Shown in pieces: positions 12,888-25,965 of a stretch of 64,000 bases of DNA; positions within the stretch are counted from its first letter, which is position 1; each line of letters starts with the position of its first letter. The notes under the pieces were generated by a model that had not been told where the DNA came from, ran no database searches, and was given only the letters and a program-made list of their open reading frames with translations. The translations under genes were made by a program, and so were the position numbers. The DNA lies in NCBI RefSeq assembly GCF_018350175.1, contig NC_058368.1, positions 191,086,001-191,150,000 of the forward strand, given 5' to 3'. This stretch comes from Felis catus. Lineage: Eukaryota.

Positions 12888-13160
12888 CACATGTTGCAAA
12901 CTGGTGGCCTGCAGGCTAGATATGGACAATAATTGAGTTTGTTTGTCCCACAGAATCTATTAAAAGTCAGCCTTTAACTTATCAAAAAGGCATTGGGAAC
13001 TCCGGGTCCAAGTTCATATGCAGCCACAGAATGGCGCCGTGTGGGGCTGCACCTTCCAGACTGCGTGAGCTTCTCAAGTTCCCTACAACCTTACTTGGTT
13101 CATCCAGTTATTAAAGTTACCTGCGTGGAACCTTTAGCCTTTTGAAATCACAACACCCCA
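12888..13160. mobile_element. hAT-Charlie MITE relic (MER102-like)
   Basis: Start 'gttgcaaactggtggcctgcaggctagat...tttgtttgtcccacag' and end 'tttgaaatcacaacacc' resemble MER102 termini. Confidence 0.5.
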
Positions 13161-13299
13161 CATTAATAAAATTGAGGTCAATGAACCTTACAGAACACAA
13201 ATAAAGAACAAACAAAAGAGCCCCCAATACACTATTACAGAAACTTGTGTCTCTAACAGTGCATAAGACCAAAGCATTTTGTTACCCCATTCAAAGCTC

Positions 13300-13460
13300 A
13301 CAAGACCACATGAGAGGAGGAGATAAGGTAATTGTTTCCATTCATCAGCAAGAAAGCTGAGGCTCAAAGGATAAGTAACTTTTTTCAGACTTCACAGCAA
13401 GCAGGCTAAAAAGCTTGTGGACTCAGAGCCAGTGTCTCTAGGCCGCACTACACTGCACAC
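13300..13460 (-). mobile_element. MIR relic
   Basis: 'aagaaagctgaggctcaaaggataagtaactt...cacagc' MIR core-like. Confidence 0.6.
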
Positions 13461-14199
13461 TCATGAACTAGTCGCAGTGTTTTTCTTTCCTAAGCATTTT
13501 CCATACACATGGCCATAAAACTTTTTTTTTTCTCTCTAATGTACACAAATCTCTTTTCACAAGTATCCATTCAACGTTCACAGCAGATCTGTGATAGCAA
13601 TTTGGGGGGTTTTGTTTATTTATTTTTTATTTTTGTTTTTGTTTTTGTTTTTTAGCTTCATACTAATCAGATTCTTTTTCACAACAATTCTCATCCACTG
13701 TTTTATGCTATACTGTTCTCCAGTGCACTAACCAAATCTGATCCTTTATTTCCAAATCAAAGCTGCTCCACTGGAATGGTTCCAGGAACGGGTGATGTCC
13801 TCAAAGAGGCTTTACATTTTCATTTTTTTGTTGTTGTTGAAAACTCTTCTAGGCTGTCATTCGGAATGCCTTTGGCCCAAAAGCAATGTCACCTTCCTGA
13901 CAGACCAAACCTCAGCATCTCACTCAAAAACTTAGGAAATCACTGATCAGAAATTCTTCCATAAGCCTGTTATCACAGCAAAAGAAGCAACTCCAAATTC
14001 CCATTAATAACCCTCCAGAGAAGATTGTAGGACACTAATACTTTGGGATCCTAACACATGGACCATCAAACCATAGTTGAGCTCCAGCCTAAATAAGGTC
14101 TCTTGACTCTCTATAGTCTTGGTGAGGGGGAGGGAGCTGGGGGGGGGTCACTTTAGCATGTAGAAAAACATAGCTATGCACATCTTATTAGAAAAGTGT

Positions 14200-14409
14200 G
14201 GGGGCGCCTGGGTGGCGCAGTCGGTTGAGCGTCTGACTTCGGCTCAGGTCACAATCTCGCGGTCCGTGGGTTCAAGCCCCGCGTCGGGCTCTGGGCTGAT
14301 GGCTCAGAGCCTGGAGCCTGTTTCCGATTCTGTGTCTCCCTCTCTCTTTGCCCCTCCCCGTTCATGCTCTGTCTCTCTCTGTCTCAAAAATAAATAAACG
14401 TTAAAAAAA
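14200..14409 (+). mobile_element. Young feliform CAN-SINE
   Basis: CpG-rich GGGGCGCCTGGGTGGCGCAGTCGG head, AATAAACGTT-A tail, TSD AAAAGTGTG on both sides. Confidence 0.95.
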
Positions 14410-14439
14410 AAAAGTGTGCAGCTCTACAGGGTAAACACC

Positions 14440-14525
14440 ATCTCTATGTGGCTGTTTAAATTTAAATTAATATTACATAAGGTTAAAAATATAGTTCCTA
14501 GCCACATCTCAAACACTCAATAGTG
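14440..14525. mobile_element. MER3-like hAT MITE fragment
   Basis: 'tatgtggctgtttaaatttaaattaat...tagccacatctcaaacactcaatag'. Confidence 0.5.
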
Positions 14526-14849
14526 ATAAGGGGCAATGTCACATGAAGTCTGGCCTTGGCCTGATCCAAGGGGAGCTGGAACCACAGGGCCCAGCCTCAT
14601 GTGGGTACAGACAGCGGGGCAGTTGCAAGCCTAAGCTGCTGACATGCCTGGGAGATGGATGCCTCATCCAGTGGAGAATCTAGGTTCTAGAACTCTCTAC
14701 TACAGAAGGCTACAGGTTGTATTCTTTCACCAAATAAAACTGACAAAAACATAGCATCTCAAAGAAAATAATGAGCACGTAAAATCATTCCTCTTGTTCT
14801 CCATGAACATTTCCTTCTACTAGTGGGAACTTTACCGGTTCCCAACTTC

Positions 14850-14960
14850 CCCACCTGACTGTAATCTCCCAGAGGGCAGGAGCTGCTCTTTTGTACCATG
14901 TATCTCTGGCATCTGGCACGTGTTAGGTGCTCACTAAATATTTACAGAATGAGTACTGAA
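14850..14960 (+). mobile_element. L2 3' tail fragment
   Basis: 'gactgtaatctcccagagggcagg...tggcacgtgttaggtgctcactaaatatttacagaatga'. Confidence 0.7.
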
Positions 14961-17725
14961 TTTAACAACTATCTTTAAAAGCGTTACAATTAAGGTGAGC
15001 ACAGATCCTGTTTTGCCACCTCCATTCTAGTTTATGCCAGTTGCTCTACTATAGTTATTAACAGAATTCCCCCTTCTTTTCAAAAGAGCTGTAGTTCATT
15101 TTACACATTTCGTGGTCCTTCTAGTTTAAAGGACCGCTAGTCAAGGTGCCAGGACCACCGTGAGAAGAGGCTGAGTGACTTCAGTAGCTACTTCTGTTAA
15201 CTTTCTCAGTGTGCCCATACATCAGACATTTTTCAGTGCAGGTTCTCCCTTTAGAGATAAAATGTTTACATTTTACTAAAAAATGGTTTTGTTTTAAAAT
15301 TGGCTCATAAGTGCATTCATTGTATTTCTGGTTATAACCTTTTTTTTTTTGTATTGGGAGGGGGAGCCCTCAAAATGAATATACACTTAGCAACATACAC
15401 TGATAATCAAGTTGTATGGGTAAAATGATCCATTGGTATCATTAACTTCAGGTGGTGCCAAAGTTAACTACTGGAGGCTAAGAACTCACTAGAGCAGAAA
15501 CGACTGTCCTTACACTAAACCCAAAGGAGTAATATGACAAACTAAATGAGGTTTGCCTGCAGTGTATAATAGGACACACACTGATCTTGTCTTATTTCCC
15601 AGTACATCGTGGGGAAGAAAATATTACTCATATTTTAATCAATTAGTGATCTGCAAATTCCTGGGTAGGGGCGGAGAGCATAGGAAGGACATACTTTAAA
15701 GATAATATCAGTCAGCATTTGCTCCTTTATAATCTTTTATAATCATTTTCTAAAATGAACTTTCTTCCAAGAAGGGGGTTGGTTGTATTATCGTGTCAAC
15801 AAGCATGTCTTTTTTTTTTTCCACAAGAGAGAAACGTTTCACACCATGTTTCTCCCTTATGCACCACATTGTGTGTTTACTTCAAGACACATTTGATGAG
15901 AAGGTGAGATAGAATAGACTGATTTAATGAAAACCTCTCTCTTCCTCTCCAGATTTCCTAATTTCCCTAATAGAAGAAATAGAGGAGAGACCATTGAACT
16001 CTCCGATTTATGAAGCATTCAGGAAAATAAAATACCTCACACAAAACAGTATCTAATTTATAATCATGTTATCTGAAGAGCCTCCAGCTTTCTAATGAAC
16101 TTTTACATAATAAATTCATGGTCATCAAAATCCTTAAGACTGAATTATTTAACTACATTGGTTTCCAGCAGAGGACAGACTGTTGCACTTTAACCTAAAT
16201 TATCTGTAGAGGAGAGAAGAGTTGTTTCTTTCATTAAGAAGTAAAGTTAATTCATAATCAATAGAAGAAATCTATCTTTGACAAAGCTCTGAGCTACATT
16301 TGTACTCAGCAATTACATATTTACACATGGCTGTATTTCTCTAGTCCCATTTCCTTACTTCCCTATCGGCAAGTAGCTTATAGAGATAACAAGCCAAAGA
16401 GTCAAATACATTTTAAGATATGGATAACCATGTTCTCTTGCTTTCTCATTTTTGTTTTTGTTGTGTTGGTTTTTTTTGTTTTTTTGTTTTTTTTTTATCT
16501 GATATAAGTCATCCAAGAGTTACATGGTACAACATGATTGATCTTCTGCCCGAGAGTAAAAGGTGTGCACCAAGTGACATTACCAAGCCCAGGTCAACTA
16601 GGCCATATACACAGTCATCCCAATTTGATTTGCAGTAGTGGCCCCATGTTCTTTTTCCAAACTGTATGCTTCAGTCACTTCCAGTGATAGTTCCTCCATG
16701 TCATTCAACGTTTTCTCTATGTAAAACCTACCAGAGAGGGCTAGGGAGGGGAAAGGCTATGTGTTGTCAAGGTAGAGACTTTGGTTTATAAACAGTTCTC
16801 GCTGGTATTATAGAAAATCTAATCAGATCCATAAATCTCCATTATCAGATATGAGTTATCCACTGGTAAAATATACCCACCTGTTCTTATATCAGAACTC
16901 TCGTGGAAGTGAGAGAAAGATCAAGTATAGGTGGTGACCGAACGGACCAGACTATGATAACCCCACCTGGTTCGTCCATCTCTTGGCTTTGTTCCTCTCC
17001 AAAAGTCATTATACTCAGATCCCACGTGGTAGCACTGTGGCTTCCAGAAGCGCTATAATAACATTTGCCCAGGTCTAAACCCAGCAGAGATGTAGGAGTT
17101 AAAGTAATCTAGCAAGAGTCTACAAATGGTCACTGATTGACTGTATTCTCATCTATGAGCCAATCACTGAAGCAAATAGAATCAAATCTGTGATTGTGGC
17201 AGACAGACCTGAGTGCCATGTTCATATTAACCACATGAACCAAACGCACAGATAGGATGTTTTTATAAAGCAAAATCAAGTATTAGTACAAAAATTGGTA
17301 ACTGACGCTGGAGACACTCTATAAATGTATCACACTTCAGATCTGAGGAAAGTTTTCTCATGCCTAAATCACTGTTTTCTTACCCCTAAATCACATGTTT
17401 GGTCATCTTTTTTTTTTTTTTTTTGATAATACCAAATATCAGAAATTATTACTGAAAATTACCCCCCCCCCACGAATTAATATATCAGTCTTTTAGATTA
17501 AATGAAAATGCTCATTGATAGGGACACTTAAACTATGACTGTTTTTTTGAAAGAATTTATATTAGGTCAGATTCTTCAAGAGAAGTTGTAGATGTAAGAA
17601 TAGAAGTAGTCCTAATCACTTGGAAGATCCTTGAAAGCACTCCTTTGAATCCTGGAACTCAACAAGATTTCTATTCAATGGACACTCGACTCTGCACATG
17701 CTTAGGACTAAAAAGTATCCAGTGC

Positions 17726-17919
17726 TAGGATTGCCAAATAATACAGGAGGCTGTTAAGCTGGAATTTCAAATAACTAATGACTATGGTTTTGTATAAAGA
17801 TGATCCAAATATTCCATGGGCCATAGCTATTCTAATATATATGTAGATATATGTTGTACCTTTGAAATTCTAATGTAATTGAGTGGCCTGAATTGTATTT
17901 GCTAAATTTGGCTTACCTA
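17726..17919. mobile_element. MER53-like palindromic hAT MITE
   Basis: Termini TAGGATTGCCAAAT... and ...TGCTAAATTTGGCTTACCTA are degenerate inverted repeats. The internal 'aatttcaaataac' / 'tttgaaattc' arms match MER53 structure. Confidence 0.65.
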
Positions 17920-18244
17920 TCTGCTATCCATAAGTACCATTCCCTTTTTGGATTATTCTGACAATTTAAAAGTTCTTCCTTATGCCAAGGCTTAAAATTC
18001 CAGAAAGTACTTCTAGCTATCAAAATGAATTCTCTTCAAATATTGTCCTCATTAAGTGTTACAACAGTATTATTATTATTTTCAAGCTGTGTAGCACAGT
18101 GCAAAGTTGTAATGATACCCCCATGGAGGAGGTGGGGTGGGACACTACTGGGTTGGGCTCATGCCTCCCATCTATGATTCTGCTTTAATCTAGGATATTA
18201 ATTTAAGCTCCCAGTTTAGAATTTAAATTTAAAAATTATTATAA

Positions 18245-19270
18245 AAATGTGGGTTAAGAGAATGAAAAGACAAGCCACAGTCTCAGAGAAAATATTTGCA
18301 CAACACCTGCTTCATAAAATAGTGGACTCCAACATACACAAATAACTCTTAAAACTCAACAAGAAAACAGATGAGCCAGGGCACCTGGGTGGCTCCGTTG
18401 GTTAAACATCCAACTTTGGCTCAGGTCATGATCTCATGGTTTGTGAGTTCAAGCCCCATGTTGGGCTCTGTGTTGACAAGTTGGAGCCCAGAGCCTGCTT
18501 CAGATTCTGTGTCTCCCTCTCTCTCTACTCCTCCCCTGCTCACACTCTGTCTCTCTCTCTCTCTCAAAAATAAATAAACATTAAAAAAATCTTAGAATAA
18601 AAAGAAAACAGACAAGTAAATTAATATTGTATTACATATTTTAAAGTTGCTAAGATAGTAGATGTTGAAAGTTCTCATCACAAGAAAGATTTTTTTAACT
18701 ATGTGAGGTAGCATGTGTTAACTAGACTTACTGTGATCATTTCATGACATATACAAATATTGAATCACTATGTCATACACAACTAAAACTAATATGTTAT
18801 ATGTGAAGTACATATATGAATTTGTTTACAAATACACAAATTTGCAAGTATATATATGTAATATTTATATCATATAATAAGACATACATGTATCAATATG
18901 ACATATTTCATATGGAAAGTAAAGGAATATAATATTTATATGTAATATAAATAATAGTACTATATGTATAAAAGGAAAATGGACAAACCAATTAAAAACT
19001 GGGCAAAAAACATGTACATCCAGCTCACTAAAGAAGACGTGCAAATAGTAAATAATCATTTGAAAAGACACTCAGCATCATATGTCATTAGAGAACTGCA
19101 AACTGAAACAGCAATGAGATGCCATGGAACATTTATTAGAATGGCTAAAATCCAAAACATCAAGAATACCAAATGCTAGCAAGGATATGGGGCAATAGGA
19201 ACTCTCACACATTGCTGTCAGGAATGCAAAATGGCATAGTCACTTTGGAAAACAGTTTTACAATTTTTTG
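18245..19270 (+). mobile_element. Old L1 ORF2 3' fragment hosting a SINE and a second L1 3'-end fragment (~18620-18815)
   Basis: Translation 'PIKNWAKNM...KEDVQ..NNHLKRHS.S.VIRELQ..TAMR.H...IRMAKIQ' is the L1 ORF2 C-terminal region. Confidence 0.85.
18379..18601 (+). mobile_element. CAN-SINE
   Basis: GGGCACCTGGGTGGCTC head, CT tract, AATAAA tail. Flanking repeat AAGAAAACAGA. Confidence 0.9.
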
Positions 19271-22219
19271 CCAATATTTCTGGTTGAACAAACACACTTG
19301 CCTTTGGAAACTTAAGCAACTACTTATAAACTCCTTTGAATCAGGGTGATGTGTTATTATCTGACTGAACCAAAACACAGCCACATGTTCCTTTTAGGTG
19401 CACATAAATGTTGACACTCTAAAATTATTGTTTCCAATTTCCATTCCTCTCAATTTCTTGCATCTATCAATGCTCTGACTCTATTTAAGTTGAAAAAATT
19501 ATCTGAAGCACCTGTAAACACTTTCTAAACCTTCTTTTTCCCCTCACTAGTACTAAATGCTGTAGCTTTTTAATGTTTGTCTCTTGAACACACCCTTGCT
19601 CATCAACAGTGGCACCTGAAATAAGTGGAAATCCATACACAGAATAACTGACAGTCAAGTTATGGTTGGAGCATTCCCATTATGCTGTTTAATTACTGGA
19701 AGTTATAGGAGCTTTCAAATGTAACATTTAATACTCTATTTTATGATACTTTATTACAAAGACATTGCACAAATAATTGCCCTTCTCTGAATAAAATCTG
19801 GAGAGCAAATCTTAGCATTTTACACAGACAATGAATATAGCCTATATTCATTTTTCCTATGGGCTATTTTTATATTTGGCCACAAATTTTTCCATGCTTC
19901 CATTAGGATAGGCAAAATAAATTGTAATTGATCAAGCTTTCTCTGGTTTCCTGTTGTCAAGAGGATATTCCTATGATCCTCCAAAGAGGGAAAACAATGC
20001 ATCAAAGAAGGCCTTTCAGGCAATCCCATACCACTTCTTCATCTCCAGCTATGATACATCAGAGATGAGTTAAAAGGCCTTTATTTTGTGTAAAGAGACA
20101 ATTCCTGTATCTTTGTCTTTATATTTTTCTGATGGGATAAATGGTCCTTTTAATAGGAGAGAAAACACTGGGGATCTAGGGAAATGTACAGGAAGAGCCC
20201 CAGACAATATTACTCAATAAATATACATGGAGTGAAGTATGAATAAAGGCAATACAAAGTCCCAGAACTGCCTAAAATAAAACGTGGCATATTTATTATA
20301 GGAGATACTAATAGGCATGCTAATATACTCAGAAGGAGCTACGATTCCATTAGGCTTCCAAAGTCTGCCAAATCATCCCAGGTTTGGAATATGTAGAGAC
20401 TTAATGATACATGTTGTATATGTCAGTCACAACACAGCTTGTATAAGTTAAAGAAACAGTTTGTTGCCATTCGTTTCTCAGAGAAGCAGAGTTAATAATG
20501 TTAAATCCTCAGGTGGAATGTGAAAGACTCACCAGTATCAGATGGGTTGTTAAATAGTGACCTTGAAAGAAGTAGAACAAGAATCCATGGGTAAACACAT
20601 AGAGATGGGTTTCTGCTTCAATTTTAGGCATCTGTCCAACAGTTGAAACTGAGGGTGAAATCGTTTTTAGAAACAGGTATTTGAGGTGCTTAAGCAGAGA
20701 TATTTAAGACGCTAACGGGTTTCATTCATTGGATGGTTGTTTCATCTAAGACAGTTCTAATCTGTCGTTAGTGATTTTAAAAAATCATGAATACTTAAGT
20801 TAATGGTGGCAAAAGCTGAGGATTTTAAACGGAGGCTTATGGAGGTTTTAAAGAAAATTTCTGGGTACATTCTACTAACTTTAAATGTAGACTAATGTTG
20901 GCTCTCCTCTTGGTTTTCATTTTTCTTGGTAGAACTGTTTGAAATACTCACTCTTCTTATTAGCCAAGATTAGGGGACTGACTTTTTCTGTTGCCCAATC
21001 TTATGCTCTAATGGCTACTGGCACTGCCTCTGAGGGGCATTCCTAAAGCTACTAATAGTGCCTCTGAAGTTCATTACTGAAGCTATACCTTAAGCTGTCA
21101 AGAAAAGACAGGGATACCTCAGAAGCCCAACACAGGAGGTTGATGGTGATCTATGAGACCTGGAATGGGGAATAGGAGAACAGTCAAGTTCTAAAACAAT
21201 CCTTGCTTCCTCCTGATTGGCATGTCTGAATGGTACACAAGTCCTGCTCTCACCAAACAAACTTAGGCCAGTAATTTGGGTTACCGTGGTACTAACCTTC
21301 TTCTCAACTCTGTGAATCTACAGCTCTTGTGCCTTTTCTCATGCATCTAATTTCTAACTCTTAGTCCAAATTATCAAGATAATCTGTGAAGCTAATCCTG
21401 GTTAGTAAATCTTCTAGTCCAATAAACTTTCCCAAATTTGCCTTGTATTCGATATTAATAATGGGTTCCCAGAACCCACCTTTCAACAAAGTATGGAGGA
21501 GAATTTCCATGGAAGTGGCCTCAGTTCTATCAATTATTGCTAAGTCTAACCATCAGCAACCACCTACTAGTTTCTTCTCAGATATCATGGTGGCTTCTTC
21601 TCATTGTGTTCCAAACCAAATTCATTACCCTTCCTTTCTATCATTTTTCCTGTATCTTTCCTATTGAAACAACCCCTCTTCCAAGCTACTTATTTCCTTG
21701 TCTATCCTCAATCATTTCCACTCAAAACTTCAAATTCAGCTTGACTTCTGTTTTTCTCAGGACAGATTGTACACAGCTGATTACTTTTATGCAATGTACA
21801 CGCATAAGCTGATATTTATACTTTAAGAAATATTTATATATCCAAATACCTTGTATGAGTATTACGAGTATTGATAATACAGGTGATAATAAGTAACTGT
21901 GCTGGGCTTACATAACTATTTATTTGACCACTAAACATTTACTAAGCACATACTACAAGCCCATCACTATGCAAAGTACTGGAGATAAAACAAGTGAATG
22001 TTGCTGCTTATACCCTGATTGCAGTACTTGTATTTGAAATCATTTCAAATAAGTGTCCTAAATGCCTAACAGCTTACCATTTATTTTCCTTATCAAAGTA
22101 GAAATCATTCAACTGGGTAAATAAGGTGGTATAAGTGTTACTTTTCCACAAAACTTAGGCAAACTCTTGAGTAAACAGATGAGAGAGTCTCTCCTAGCTT
22201 TCTACTTTTCTTATATCAT

Positions 22220-22966
22220 CTATCAGAATGGCTAAAATTAACAACACAAGAAACAACAGGTGTTGGCGAGATGCAGAGAAAGGGGAACCCTCTTGCACTG
22301 CGGGTGGGAATGTAAACTCATGCAGCCAATCTGGAGTATGGAGGTTCCTCAAAAAACTAAAAATGAGAACTACCCTATGATCCAGCAATTGTACTATTAG
22401 ATACTTACCCAAAGGACACAAAAATACAGATCCAAAGGGGTACATGATCCCCAATGTACAGCATTATGAACAATAGCCAAACTTTGGAGAGAGCCCAAAT
22501 GTCCATAGACTAATGAATGGATAAAGAAGATGTGGTATATATAAACAACGGAATATGACTAAGCTATCTGAAAAATTAAATCTTGCCATTTGCAATGACA
22601 TAGATGGATCTAGGATGTATTCTGCTTAGTGAAATAAGTCAATCAGACAAAGACAACTATCGTATGATTTCACTCATGTGGACTTTAAGAAACAAAACAG
22701 GTTAACATATAGGAAGGAGAGGGAAAAGAGAAGAAAGGGAAACAAACCACAAGAGACTCTTAACAATAGAGAACAAATGAAGGGTTGATGAAGGGAGGTG
22801 GGTGGCAGATGGGTTACATGGGCGATGGGTATTACGGAGAACACTTGTTATGATGAGCACTGGGTGCTGTATGTAAGTGATGAATCACTGAATTCTACTC
22901 CTGAAACCAATGTTGCACCATATGTTAACTACCTGAAATATAAATAATCAAAAATAAAAATCAATT
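22220..22966 (+). mobile_element. Carnivore L1 3' fragment with ~70-bp flanking direct repeats
   Basis: ORF2 end 'cagaatggctaaaattaacaac...ctaccctatgatccagcaattg', 3' UTR 'gatgagcactgggtg', A-rich tail. Direct repeats at 22150-22219 / 22967-23040. Confidence 0.9.
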
Positions 22967-24334
22967 AAAAGACTGAGGCAAACTCTTTTGAGTAAAAAGA
23001 TTAGAGAGTCTCTCCTGGCTTTCCAGTTTTCTTTTATCATTTGTGCTCTTCTCCCTGTTTTTGTGTCTCAATTGAAAATTATCTTCTGTCAGTTATAGTA
23101 AATACTGATTCTCAATCTCTTTATTTCAGTAGAAATTTAAATGACACCACTGAAAAAAATCAAAACTCAAATTGTAGTTTTGAAACTATAGGAAAATTTG
23201 GCATCCATTCTCTTAACAAACTGTTGGTTTCTGGTCTAGCAATAGCAGCAAGCACATAGAATGCTGAGTAAGAGGTCCTGAAGACAAAATTAAGAGAGAC
23301 TCAAAATGTCATTTCATGGCACCGTATATTCTAGTTTAGATTTTCAAATGGCAGTGTGCATTCTTTAGTATTTACTGGGATATATGATTGTAATTCTAAT
23401 GATAATAAAAGTAATAGTCTTTTCGGCAGATTGTGCTAATAAGAGTTTTTCTGTCATCTCATATGTTTAGAAAATACCCTATTAATCTTCACAGTGTGAA
23501 ATTTTTATGTGTGGTAAGTAATTAATATTTAAGGCAGATTGATAGCTAGATTGCTTACCACTGAGGAATATTTTCAGTCAAGAGAGAGTTATTTTACTAA
23601 AGTTGAACTTCACTAAAGTTGAACAAGCTCTGAACTGTGAAACACCAAGGTAAAAAAAAAAAAAAGGCAAACTGTCACCTTTGACATCTAGCTAGCACTG
23701 GATTGGTTTCTAATGGCTTTAAAAGGCTTGCATGGGAAGTTATCAATTAAGTGGTCAATGATTAAGATACTTTCACAGAAATGCTAAAACAAAGAGGTTA
23801 AGTGACTTGCTCACTAAAAGTGAAAGAGCCTAACATAAAATTTAACTTATCCTTATATTCTTATTTTCTGGTTTAAATGATAACTCAAGAGATTTCTACC
23901 AAGAGGTGAAGTTGTGCAGATTTTTTGTTTTGTCTGGTTTTTGCTTGATAACAATCTTTTCCCCAAAGTGATTTCTGTGGTTAATTTGAGTTAGACTAGT
24001 TACAACAAGACCTACTGGTTCTTATAAAACTGCCATTTCACGAAATGAAAATGTAGCCAATTGGGACTAAAATATAATTTGGAAATAAATCTCATTGGAA
24101 TGTAGTTGTTATTAATAATGATGATAAGGTCATGTTGGGACACTAAAAACCTATCTGTGCTTCTGATAGTTTGTATCCTTGTTTTTAGGCTCAAATACCT
24201 CCCTCTTTTGTCTGGGACACTATTCTTCATGTTTTGTCCACTTTAAAAGGTAATTGAAGAATAATGGTTTTGTCTCCGGGGTAGGTCACCATCAGAAAGT
24301 TAATCGTGACATAGAATGCCAAATTTTTAAGAGA

Positions 24335-24540
24335 ACAGATCTGGGTCTGAGTGATGAAAATTGAACCTTGGCCCTACCATTTACTGGCTGTGTAATGTTG
24401 GACACATGTCTCTAACCTTCCTAAACCTCAGTGTTGCCATCTATACACTGAGGGTGAGAACTGTACATATATAGACTAAACAAACCAATGCAGATGAAAC
24501 AGCACAGTGCCTATTTTATAGTAAGTGAGCAATCAACAAA
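24335..24540 (+). mobile_element. MIR relic
   Basis: 'ccctaccatttactggctgtgtaatgttggac...ctaaacctcagtgttgccatctata...tagtaagtgagcaat'. Confidence 0.65.
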
Positions 24541-25517
24541 AGAGAACTGTTATCATGTTAACACAAATTCATAACTTCTCTATGTTGACATTTGTTATAA
24601 AAACCCAGAATTGAAAGAAGATATGGATCATAATTGGATTCATTAATTTATGCACCAATTTTAATTTTCCCTTCATTGGATGCATACCTTATCACATATG
24701 TTGATTTATCTAAAAAGACATGCCCTGTTGTGATTACTGTTCCATTTGTGGCTGTCCTTGGACAGAAAGCAACTGTCACACAATCTACATCCTGCTGCTT
24801 TGTTGTCACGTTAGCCACAAGCCAGTCATGTCATTTAGGTTCCCCCTCTGCATTCAATCTGTCACCACATCCTGCTGTTCACTCTTCCATGGCATCACTG
24901 TCAGCCCCATGCTCTCCATTCTTGGAAACACAGCATTCCAGCCATTGTCTGCACAAACTAAATCCAACTTATTTCCCAGGATTCTACCTCACTGCATCAA
25001 CTATTTCTTTAGAAAATCAACAGGTCCAAAGTCTTGTCCAATTTCTGAAATCCTGAACTATAAGCTTTCAATTCACACCATGAGCAAACAAAAACCACGT
25101 ACTCACTTCCCCCAACAGTCTCATTTTGGAATTCTGGGTATTGTTCTCCTATGTTAAACCAACACCAGGGTAACTCTGTTTGCTTATACAATACTATCGA
25201 TCTCTCATAGAACTAGTTCTACATAGTCCCATCCTTCTCAGCACCCATGCAACAATCTCCACTGATCACCTAAGAAAATTCAACTTCTTCAGAGGCTATC
25301 TATCCAAATGGCCCTGAGTTTTCACAATCCTATATTGTGAATGCTATTACTTTCAGTCCAAAGAGTCAAAATTAGTTACTTCCCATAAACTTTATCAACT
25401 CTTCCTGCCTCATCTGATAAAACTTATACATTCAAAGTAAGAAGAAACTGCCCATTGCCTACCACTTACTCCCTCTTTACATTCTTCCAAATAAATACAA
25501 GGACTAATTTCATAGTT

Positions 25518-25574
25518 TTAAACTGATAAGAAAAGATACTACACGTGATCTTAGCCAAAAGGCCGAGAAGCGAT
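25518..25574 (-). pseudogene. 3'-truncated U2 snRNA retropseudogene (U2 nt 1-57)
   Basis: Reverse complement ATCGCTTCTCGGCCTTTTGGCTAAGATCACGTGTAGTATCTTTTCTTATCAGTTTAA equals the U2 5' end with 2 substitutions. Perfect TSD TAATTTCATAG at 25505-25515 and 25575-25585. Confidence 0.95.
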
Positions 25575-25882
25575 TAATTTCATAGCTATAATAATTAGTT
25601 TACTATTTACATTGACAGCAATACATCTTTATAATAGTACATGGGAAGATTGGAGGTTGCTGGTGAAGGTTGACCAGGGAGGCATATCAGAATCTTCAAG
25701 ACGGAATAAGTCCACTAAAAATACAAGTAAAACATGATTGACAAGAAAGGTTACCTAAATGGTGCTTTATTTTTCACACTAAGTAGAAAAAAATATTTTA
25801 AGCAGATGCACCCAACAATTTTCAAAGCAATAAAATAATGTATAGATTTTGCTACTTCTGTCTCTTTAAAAGTCAAATAACT

Positions 25883-25929
25883 GTCCTGTGACTGATGAAT
25901 GGATAGAGATGTGTGTGCATACACACACA

Positions 25930-25965
<36 letters not shown>

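Noticed and set aside
20530..20650. Minus-strand segment with a good donor (CTG|GTGAGT) and one open frame
   Set aside because: The region resembles a decayed CR1/L3 3' end, and the peptide is unrecognisable.
24634..25157. Overlapping 140- and 145-aa ORFs
   Set aside because: No recognisable domain, one starts at a non-ATG codon, and there is no splice context. Likely ancient repeat-derived or chance.
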